A DNA stretch of 64,000 nucleotides, taken from contig JACSRX010000029.1 of assembly GCA_014879535.1 (NCBI GenBank), positions 93,476 to 157,475 of the forward strand, written 5' to 3'. Both the position numbers and the translations under genes were made by a program. Source of the DNA: Chthoniobacterales bacterium. Its GTDB lineage: Bacteria; Verrucomicrobiota; Verrucomicrobiia; Chthoniobacterales; JACTMZ01. Shown piece after piece: positions 36,111-42,555 of this stretch. Every line of letters begins with the position of its first letter. Within the stretch, counting starts at the first letter, position 1. A model generated the notes under the pieces. It did no database searches, had not been told where the DNA came from, and was given only the letters and a program-made list of their open reading frames with translations.

Positions 36111-36373
36111 GCCTCCCGCAGACGATCAAGCGTGGCAAGATCGGATTGCAACTCCCCCGCGGTGACACCGGGCCAAACACCACGCGAGGCAAGAAACTCC
36201 TCCGACTCCCAGCGAGATGTGTGGCCCAGAAGATGGCCCACCTCCGCGCACGAGAGCTTGCCGCTGCGATAACCCTCCACCGCGAGACTCTCCAACGTCG
36301 CCCGCGGGAGGTCATCCCACGCGCCGGTCAGGGTAGCAGCAACGCGGTCGGGAAGTTGCAGGGTGAGAGTCAT
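36107..36373 (-). CDS. UPF0175-family small protein (antitoxin-like partner of DUF3368)
   Basis: MTLTLQLPDRVAATLTGAWDDLPRATLESLAVEGYRSGKLSCAEVGHLLGHTSRWESEEFLASRGV..., 88 aa. Its stop overlaps the DUF3368 ATG (ATGA). Confidence 0.7.
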   Translation of the reverse strand: MTLTLQLPDRVAATLTGAWDDLPRATLESLAVEGYRSGKLSCAEVGHLLGHTSRWESEEFLASRGVWPGVTAGELQSDLATLDRLREA

Positions 36374-36490
36374 ACCCACCAAGCTACGTCGGGGCATCTC
36401 ACTTGGCAACCCGGCCCGAGACCTCGCCGGCAAGCCGGGACTGTGCAGGGTCCTCCATTCCGCCCCACTCCGGTTAAAACTCCAACCCGA

Positions 36491-36540
36491 CTCCGATCGC
36501 TTGCCACGTGCCCTTGGTGATTTGTTGACAGGTCCCTTTC
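36491..36540 (+). repeat. Island repeat unit, short copy D
   Basis: CTCCGATCGCTTGCCACGTGCCCTTGGTGATTTGTTGACAGGTCCCTTTC. Collinear with 37229-37318 apart from two internal deletions. Confidence 0.8.
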
Positions 36541-36553
36541 TGGGGTTGGTTGA

Positions 36554-36586
36554 CATGATGGCCTTTTGCTCCATGATGCCATCATG
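36554..36586 (+). promoter_or_regulatory. Candidate vapBC operator: CATGATGGC / GCCATCATG inverted repeat plus a third CATGATG
   Basis: CATGATGGCCTTTTGCTCCATGATGCCATCATG has 9-bp perfect arms at 36554-36562 and 36578-36586. It overlaps the vapB ATG (36584). A TTGACA lies just upstream at 36550-36555. Confidence 0.45.
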
Positions 36587-36817
36587 ATAAAGACGCAGAT
36601 CCAATTGGAAGAGTGGCAGTATCGTGCCGCGAAGAACGAGTCGGCGAGGACTTCGCGCAGTCTCTCCGACCTCGTCCGGGAGGGGCTGACCTCGGTTCTG
36701 CAGAAATCCCGGCATCAACCCCGCCAAACGCTGGAAAGTCTGGCCGGCAAGTATGGACCACAGTCCACCGACGATCTCAAACCGCATGACCAAGCTTGGG
36801 CGGATTCGATCCGATGA
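36584..36817 (+). CDS. vapB: Ribbon-helix-helix type antitoxin (VapB-like)
   Basis: MIKTQIQLEEWQYRAAKNESARTSRSLSDLVREGL... ATGA overlap with the PIN toxin gene. Confidence 0.7.
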   Translation: MIKTQIQLEEWQYRAAKNESARTSRSLSDLVREGLTSVLQKSRHQPRQTLESLAGKYGPQSTDDLKPHDQAWADSIR

Positions 36818-37218
36818 AGCCCGTGTTTGTGGACACGAGCGGCTTCTACGCGTTCCTCGACCGCACCGACCCGTTCCACGACCAAGCCAGCACCTTTTTT
36901 CTCCGGGCCCGTGACGAGGGCTGGGGGCTCTTCACTTCGAGCTATGTGGTCCACGAAACCTGGGCCCTCATCCAAGCACGCCTCGGCTGGGGCGCCGTGG
37001 AAGACTGGCTCTCCTCCCTGCTTCCCCTTTGCGAGGTCGTGTGGGTCGATGAAACCCTCCACCGCCTCGGCATGGCCCGCGCCCGCCAAGTCAGGGAAAG
37101 ACGACTGAGCCTCACCGACTGCGTCTCCTTCGAGGTCATGTCCGCCCGCAACTGCCTCGAAGCCATCGCCGACGACGAGCACTTCCGCAAACTGGGCTAC
37201 CTCCCACCCAAGGATTGA
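36814..37218 (+). CDS. vapC: PIN-domain toxin (VapC family)
   Basis: MKPVFVDTSGFYAFLDRTDPFH (first acidic residue), ...TSSYVVHET..., ...LSLTDCVSFEVM..., ...AIADDEHF. Confidence 0.8.
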   Translation: MKPVFVDTSGFYAFLDRTDPFHDQASTFFLRARDEGWGLFTSSYVVHETWALIQARLGWGAVEDWLSSLLPLCEVVWVDETLHRLGMARARQVRERRLSLTDCVSFEVMSARNCLEAIADDEHFRKLGYLPPKD

Positions 37219-37228
37219 TCCGCCCCTC

Positions 37229-37318
37229 CTCCGATCGCTCGCCACGTGCCCCATGGCGGGGAAAAAGGAAAGCATGGTGACTGTGTTGAGATTTGTTGAC
37301 AGACCCCTTTTTGCCTTT
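37229..37318 (+). repeat. Island repeat unit, long copy A. It is a direct repeat of D, and its distal 39 bp is an inverted repeat of units B and C.
   Basis: CTCCGATCGCTCGCCACGTGCCCCATGGCGGGGAAAAAGGAAAGCATGGTGACTGTGTTGAGATTTGTTGACAGACCCCTTTTTGCCTT. Positions 37285-37307 are the exact reverse complement of 41833-41855 and 42401-42423. Confidence 0.85.
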
Positions 37319-37326
37319 TCCTCGGT

Positions 37327-40300
37327 TCACCCACGAGACGCCTTTGTGTTCCATACAAATCCAACCTTTTGGAGTTGTTGAACGCGATTAGGTTTAAGTG
37401 TTCCTATCTTGAAGTGCGTTCGTTGTGTATTGACCCACCTACCAAGGAGCTTATCACCTCCGCCTTTTTGCGGGACGTTGCAGTGGCCATGGAGTTTCTT
37501 GAATTCAACCAACCTGTCGAACATTCGATCCCATGCATTCCGCTCAACTAGACGCCAGCTAAAGCCAATTTCATCGAGACGCTTGCTGCGCTTGGCGATG
37601 ATGGGACGATTGTATCGCTTTGCAGCCCGCTGACTTCGAACCCAAGTTCCAAGAGCAGCGTATTTACCGGAACGTTGAGGAACGTTTGTGTGGCCATGCT
37701 CTTTCTTAAATTCGACAAGTTGCCGGAACATTTCTTCCCAGCGGGTGCCAATTGGATCCCACTCGAAGCCCGCGTCGTTCAGCCGCTGCACGCGGTCTGG
37801 AGCGAGACGTTCGCGGCTGTAAGCCATGCGCTGTTCTGAAACCCAGTCTGCGAGTTTTCGATTCTCTTTCCACCGCTGCGGAACGAGGCAGTCGCCGTGC
37901 GCCTGTTTGTATTCGAGCAACGCCTGAAACATCATCTCGAAGTATTTTACGCTGGATAGCGGCCTCTCACCATTCGACGGTTTGGGCATGTGCGTTCGCG
38001 GCCTGCCACCTTTTCGCCCACCGTCCCAATCAAAAGCCAGTTCGTTCAGTCGTGCGATTTGCCAATCTGCCAGCTTCTGCTTCCGATACTTCCGTCGTTG
38101 TGTTGTGACCCACCATCCCAGCTTTTTGTCAGGCCGATAAACTTGTGGGACGGCTGCGTGACCGTGCTCCGCATGGAATGCAATAAGCCGCTTCAGCATT
38201 GTGTTCCACGCTTCCTGTGGGGAGCGGGTGCCGCTGAATTCACCGAGCCTCCAAGCGAAACCGAGAGCATCAAGCGCGGCGATTCGCTCGGGTGAAAGTT
38301 TGCCATCCAGCTTCCGCGCACGCTGAACCCCAACCCAATTCGCCAGCACTGGATTCTTGCTCCAGGCGGCTGGAACGCGACAGTGGCCGTGCTCCGCATG
38401 AAACCGCTTCAGTTCTCCAAGCATCCTATTCCAACGCGATGCGAACGGCTCCCACTCGAATCCGATGCCGGTGAGCCGCTTCTCACGCTCGGGTTCTAGG
38501 TCTCCGCGCTTTTTCGATTGGCGCTGAGTCAGCATCCACCGTTTCAGTTCGTCGCTGGCGGGTGCCTCTCGCCGCTTTCCATTGTGCATGGGCCGCATGT
38601 GTTCGACCAACTTTGCGAACATGGCATCCCAAGCGCCATCATGTGTGCTCCAGGCAAAGCCGATTTCCTCCATTCTGCTCACCTGCTCCGGCGTGAGCTG
38701 ATTCTGCTTCTTGGCCCGCCGTTGTATGGCGACCCAACGAGCAAGTTGGGGTTGAGGCGTCCAATCGGCAGGCACGTTGCAGTGGCCGTGCAGTTTGAAG
38801 AAGTCCACCAACTCAGAAAGCATTTCGTCCCATGTGCGGGTGATGGGAGTCTCGTCCACAGGAATAAGCTGCGAGGGCATCCCGATGCGCCGCGCGTTTC
38901 GCTGCCACACGAAACCAATTTCGTTCAGGGCGTTGATTCGCGTCTCGCTCAGCTCGCCCCGCTTCTTAGCCTGCCTCTGAGTCAGCATCCAGCGGTTGAG
39001 CTTCTTCGTGTCCTCGTCCACCACATAAACCGCAGCAGCGCCGTGCGCGGCGGCGTAAGCCCGAAAGCGGTCGAAAGCCACACGCCACTGCTTGTCTGGG
39101 TCGGTCGTTTTTTCATCAGCTCTGCTTGCTGCAGTTCGCCCATCCCATTCAAACCCGATAGAATTTAAGCGCTCAACAAGTGCATCAGAGAGTTTCCCCT
39201 TTTTATGCTGGTGTCGCTGACGAACAACCCACCTTCCCAGAAGCCCATTTTCTGCCCACTGCACATTGACGCGGGTGTGGCCAAATCTCTCCTTGAAAGC
39301 ACAAAGGTCAGCGAATCGCTTTTCCCATGTGCTTCGGTCGACCTTCCAGTCGAACCCAATCTTCTCGAGTAACGCAATTCGATCTCCATGTAGTTCGCCA
39401 CTCAGGAAGTCCATCCGCTGGGTTTTCACCCAGTGAGCCAGCGAATTGTTCTCCTTCCAATTCTGCGGAACACGGCAATGCCCGAAGCGTTTCTGGAACT
39501 TCACCAACTCCAGATAGGCACCTCGCCAATTCGTTTCTCTCGGATTCCAATTAAAACCCAGACGGTTCAAGAGCTCGACTTTCTCCGGCTCCAGATTGCC
39601 ATCACGTTTCCGCACTCGCTGATCCACAACCCATGTCGCCAGTTTTTGGTGCGCGTCCCATCGAGCGGGAATGCCGCAATCCCCGTGCTTCTGTTTGTAG
39701 GCAACCAGTTGCCCGTAACGCTCGAACCATGGTTCGCCAACCGCATCGAGACATGCCGCAGTGATGGTGCTGCGTAGCACTTCGAGGGAAAGCTCCGGCC
39801 CGAATATCTCCACTCGTTCTCGGAAACGGCTGTCGTCAAATCCGCCCGTGCAACCCCGCTCAATCCGCATCTCGGCGATAGTCTGAGCAAGCAGGTCGTC
39901 CTGCTCCTTCAGGCTCTGAAGGACTCTCCAAACCTCGTCGAAATTACTGCGCAAGACCGCCTGCTCAGTGGTCTCGCCGCGTGCCTCCTCGACGTAGAGC
40001 GGCACTAACACGTAGCCGATTTCCTTCTCTGGAGAGCGTCGCATTGCTCGGCCTGTCGCCTGCACGATGTCCACAATGCTTCTCTTCGGACTGAGAAACG
40101 CCACCATGTCAACAGCGGGAACATCCACGCCTTCCGTGAGACATCGCGCGTTGGAGAGAATGGCGCGCGGAGCGGCAGCGAATTCGCGCAGTAGCCGTTC
40201 GCGGTAAACGGTAGTCATCGCCCCTTCGATGTGCGCACAATGAAATCCCTTGAGATGTGTGCCGATGCCTTCCGGTCCGCCGGAGGTGAACGACTTAGCC

Positions 40301-41721
40301 GAATTGACCTTGGAGTGGAAGGTGAACACTTTCGAAACTTTGTATTTCTCAATGGCTGACTTGAGCGCGATTTGATTGGCAACTTGTCGGGCCTTTACTT
40401 CGTCCCCTTCGACCAGGACAACACCAAGCCGCAGCGCTTCGTTGGTGACCATCTCCGATGTCACAACCGAAATCAGCACCTTATAGTCGGTGATGATTCC
40501 AGCCTTCGCTGCCGCGTTGAACGGCAGCCGATGAACGACTTGCCCGTAAGTCTCGGGCACATTCATCGAGAAGACGACTTTCGATTCACCAAACTTGTCC
40601 TTCTTCGCCACGTCATAGTGACGCGGTGTCGCAGTCATGAAAAGTCGGCGTGCAATGGGCAGATTCTCGTCCTTGAGCGCGAGTGCAAACCTCGCGCCGT
40701 CTCGTCCAGCGGTCTTATGAGCTTCGTCGAACACGCCGAAATCAAAAGGCGGCAAGCCAGCGACGGCTGCCGCGACGACTTGGCTGGATTGATACGTGGA
40801 GAACACCAACCGCACCGAGTCGGTCTGCCTCTCAAGGAAGCGCCGCACGTCGGTAGCCTGCGTAGTGACCGCAAAGTCGAGGTCGGACGGGCGAACCAAC
40901 AGCGAATCTTCCTCCGGCTGAACTGTCGGATCGGAACAGACGCACAGGAATTGAACATCCGGCCAACTCGTCTCGTGAAGCCACTCGTGCAACGTCTGGC
41001 GAACCAGTGCCAGCGAAGGCAGCAAAACCAGCACGGTGCGTGCCCCAAGTCGTTCCGCAGCCCAAAGGGCGACCAAGGTCTTACCGCTGCCGCAAGCCAT
41101 CAATGCCGTGGCTCGTGGACCGCGTGCCAAACCTCCAACAATATCATTCAGGGCGACGACTTGGTGAGGCTTTGGATGTTTCCTTTTAGGGGCGGCCGCT
41201 CGCTCCGCGAGCCAAGCTTCGATGATCTGGAAATCCTCCGGCGTTAGGCGGTCGAGGTCGCTGCCCCTGACGAAGATGGCCCCCAACCGTTCCTCAGCGA
41301 CGCGGGCGACTTCATCGCAGTTGGTAAATACGAGCCTGCGCGCGCCAACATCAGCCAGGCCATAAAAAGTAGAAAGTTCGGTCCAAGTGAGCGCTGGCCG
41401 CCCAGTGCGGAACTTTGATTGGTAGCAGACGGGCTCCTCCACCGAACTGACGAATACTCCATCCACTCCCATGTCTGCCAACGGCAAGCGGAGTTGCTGG
41501 CGCAGTGATGAAGGCATTGAGTTTCCCGGCCAAACGTCGCGAGCCTGATAGATTCGCTGTGTCGCCAAACACGCTTCGGCGAAGACTTCGAGTGCTGCAC
41601 CTCTCGCTTGCTCCGTTGGCAGTGCTGCAATTCGCTCTTCAAGCTCGGCGAAAATCTGAACCCCTGACATCAAGCCGAGGCCATGAAAATGTTTCGCTTT
41701 GGGATGACGCGGCAGGTTCAT
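37327..41721 (-). CDS. Nuclease-helicase with an N-terminal PD-(D/E)xK (Mrr-like) domain, an SF2 DEAH helicase core and eleven tandem HA (helicase-associated) repeats
   Basis: 1,464 aa. Nuclease-like ...LADMGVDGVF...VCYQSKF. Walker A MACGSGKT (aa 208-215), DEAH (332-335), TAT (363-365), LTEGVDVP, and motif VI QATGRAMR (554-561). From aa ~663 there are eleven units of the form W..F..L..F...HGH..VP......L..WV..QR......L...R...L..IGF.W. Confidence 0.85.
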   Translation of the reverse strand: MNLPRHPKAKHFHGLGLMSGVQIFAELEERIAALPTEQARGAALEVFAEACLATQRIYQARDVWPGNSMPSSLRQQLRLPLADMGVDGVFVSSVEEPVCYQSKFRTGRPALTWTELSTFYGLADVGARRLVFTNCDEVARVAEERLGAIFVRGSDLDRLTPEDFQIIEAWLAERAAAPKRKHPKPHQVVALNDIVGGLARGPRATALMACGSGKTLVALWAAERLGARTVLVLLPSLALVRQTLHEWLHETSWPDVQFLCVCSDPTVQPEEDSLLVRPSDLDFAVTTQATDVRRFLERQTDSVRLVFSTYQSSQVVAAAVAGLPPFDFGVFDEAHKTAGRDGARFALALKDENLPIARRLFMTATPRHYDVAKKDKFGESKVVFSMNVPETYGQVVHRLPFNAAAKAGIITDYKVLISVVTSEMVTNEALRLGVVLVEGDEVKARQVANQIALKSAIEKYKVSKVFTFHSKVNSAKSFTSGGPEGIGTHLKGFHCAHIEGAMTTVYRERLLREFAAAPRAILSNARCLTEGVDVPAVDMVAFLSPKRSIVDIVQATGRAMRRSPEKEIGYVLVPLYVEEARGETTEQAVLRSNFDEVWRVLQSLKEQDDLLAQTIAEMRIERGCTGGFDDSRFRERVEIFGPELSLEVLRSTITAACLDAVGEPWFERYGQLVAYKQKHGDCGIPARWDAHQKLATWVVDQRVRKRDGNLEPEKVELLNRLGFNWNPRETNWRGAYLELVKFQKRFGHCRVPQNWKENNSLAHWVKTQRMDFLSGELHGDRIALLEKIGFDWKVDRSTWEKRFADLCAFKERFGHTRVNVQWAENGLLGRWVVRQRHQHKKGKLSDALVERLNSIGFEWDGRTAASRADEKTTDPDKQWRVAFDRFRAYAAAHGAAAVYVVDEDTKKLNRWMLTQRQAKKRGELSETRINALNEIGFVWQRNARRIGMPSQLIPVDETPITRTWDEMLSELVDFFKLHGHCNVPADWTPQPQLARWVAIQRRAKKQNQLTPEQVSRMEEIGFAWSTHDGAWDAMFAKLVEHMRPMHNGKRREAPASDELKRWMLTQRQSKKRGDLEPEREKRLTGIGFEWEPFASRWNRMLGELKRFHAEHGHCRVPAAWSKNPVLANWVGVQRARKLDGKLSPERIAALDALGFAWRLGEFSGTRSPQEAWNTMLKRLIAFHAEHGHAAVPQVYRPDKKLGWWVTTQRRKYRKQKLADWQIARLNELAFDWDGGRKGGRPRTHMPKPSNGERPLSSVKYFEMMFQALLEYKQAHGDCLVPQRWKENRKLADWVSEQRMAYSRERLAPDRVQRLNDAGFEWDPIGTRWEEMFRQLVEFKKEHGHTNVPQRSGKYAALGTWVRSQRAAKRYNRPIIAKRSKRLDEIGFSWRLVERNAWDRMFDRLVEFKKLHGHCNVPQKGGGDKLLGRWVNTQRTHFKIGTLKPNRVQQLQKVGFVWNTKASRG
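37330..39735 (-). repeat. Coding tandem array of 11 HA-domain units (about 66-73 aa each), diverged at the DNA level
   Basis: Unit starts read from the translation: EPWFERYGQL, TNWRGAYLEL, STWEKRFADL, KQWRVAFDRF, RTWDEMLSEL, GAWDAMFAKL, SRWNRMLGEL, EAWNTMLKRL, KYFEMMFQAL, TRWEEMFRQL, NAWDRMFDRL. Confidence 0.85.
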
Positions 41722-41826
41722 TCGCCGTGTTTCAGAATGAATTGCACACCTGTTTCATGCTGCCATTGGCGAGGACGAAGCTGGCCATGCCTTGCGGGGC
41801 GAGGTGGTGTATAAAGTGCTGCCCAT

Positions 41827-41941
41827 GCAAATGGGGTCTGTCAACAAATCTCAACAATGTCTCAAGATCTCCCGATACCGGAAGCAGGTGGTGACTCGCT
41901 CGTTGACCATGCCGACGGCCTGCATGAAGGCGTAGCAGATG
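41827..41941. repeat. Island repeat unit B plus a truncated third copy (75 bp) of the tag 3' end
   Basis: GCAAATGGGGTCTGTCAACAAATCTCAACAATGTCTCAAG is followed by ATCTCCCGATACCGGAAGCAGGTGGTGACTCGCTCGTTGACCATGCCGACGGCCTGCATGAAGGCGTAGCAGATG. It is collinear with 42395-42509, with a few mismatches. Confidence 0.85.
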
Positions 41942-41949
41942 TGCAGGCA

Positions 41950-42231
41950 TCAGAGGGCAACGTAGGCTTTTGCGCCCCCGGGAATCCGCGAGGGGTCAAT
42001 CCTGGCGTCGAAGGTGGCAAAGCGGCCGCCGTGTTTCACCGCCAAGTGGTGGATGGATGGGGATGGCACGCCGGAATTCCTCCTCGTCAAGTTCCGCCTC
42101 GATCTCCTTGATCTTCTCCAAGGTGATCGTTTCCCCAGCCCCCCCTCTGTAGCGCCAAGAATCCAAGGGGCCCGATTTCGAATTTCTCCGGGGCTGGGTT
42201 GGTCGTTTTCATGGATATGGGTGTGTGTCAA
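41950..42231 (-). pseudogene. Toxin-antitoxin remnant: C-terminal fragment of a PIN/VapC-type toxin, possibly fused to an antitoxin fragment
   Basis: The track ORF ends ...SIHHLAVKHGGRFATFDARIDPSRIPGGAKAYVAL, like VapC C-termini (..LAA.A..HG..LATFD..F...PG...). No N-terminal PIN acidic residues are present. A neighbouring frame reads ETITLEKIKEIEAELDEEEFRRA. Confidence 0.45.
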
Positions 42232-42269
42232 ATATCACTCGAAAAGCCCCTCCTTGTCAGCCATCCATA

Positions 42270-42390
42270 ACCTCCCGATGCCGAAAGCAGGTGGTCACAT
42301 GGTCGTTGACCATGCCGACGGCTTGCATGAAGGCGTAGCAGATGGTCGAGCCGACGAAGTTGAAGCCGAGCTTTTTGAGGTCCTTGCTCA
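42270..42390. repeat. Second copy (121 bp) of the tag 3' end with its own stop context
   Basis: Differs from 42435-42555 at 5 of 121 positions. On the minus strand it encodes (V)SKDLKKLGFNFVGSTICYAFMQAVGMVNDHVTTCFRHREVMDG*. Confidence 0.9.
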
Positions 42391-42391
42391 C

Positions 42392-42555
42392 AAGGCAAAA
42401 GGGGTCTGTCAACAAATCTCAACAATGTCTCAATACCTCCCGATGCCGGAAGCAGGTGGTGACGTGGTCGTTGACCATGCCGACGGCCTGCATGAAGGCG
42501 TAGCAGATGGTCGAGCCGACGAAGTTGAAGCCGAGCTTTTTGAGATCCTTGCTCA
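42392..42555. repeat. Island repeat unit C plus the resident copy of the repeated tag 3' segment
   Basis: AAGGCAAAAGGGGTCTGTCAACAAATCTCAACAATGTCTCAAT is followed by the last ~40 codons of tag. The last six tag codons and the stop (EVLRHC*) are encoded inside unit C. Confidence 0.9.

Larger units (their letters stand above)
35554..42434. mobile_element. Putative integrated or decaying genomic island at the 3' end of tag. It holds toxin-antitoxin modules, the nuclease-helicase cargo and att-like repeats, with no recombinase visible.
   Basis: All genes inside are accessory types. The right end has three direct copies of the tag 3' end. An island-specific repeat occurs four times. The helicase ORF is visibly lower in G+C than its flanks. 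Confidence 0.45.

Noticed and set aside
37285-37307. The TTGACA inside the island repeat as a -35 promoter box
   Set aside because: No acceptable -10 hexamer lies at 16-19 nt spacing in copies A, B or C. The hexamer is more simply part of the repeat core. Only the separate TTGACA at 36550-36555 upstream of vapB is kept as a promoter candidate.
41722-42418. Search for an integrase, transposase or tRNA gene at the island end
   Set aside because: Only short ORFs overlap the repeats here (for example 41732..41950 and 42014..42649). They are frame artefacts across duplicated tag sequence. No tRNA-like cloverleaf or GGTTCGAATCC-type T-arm was seen anywhere in the window.
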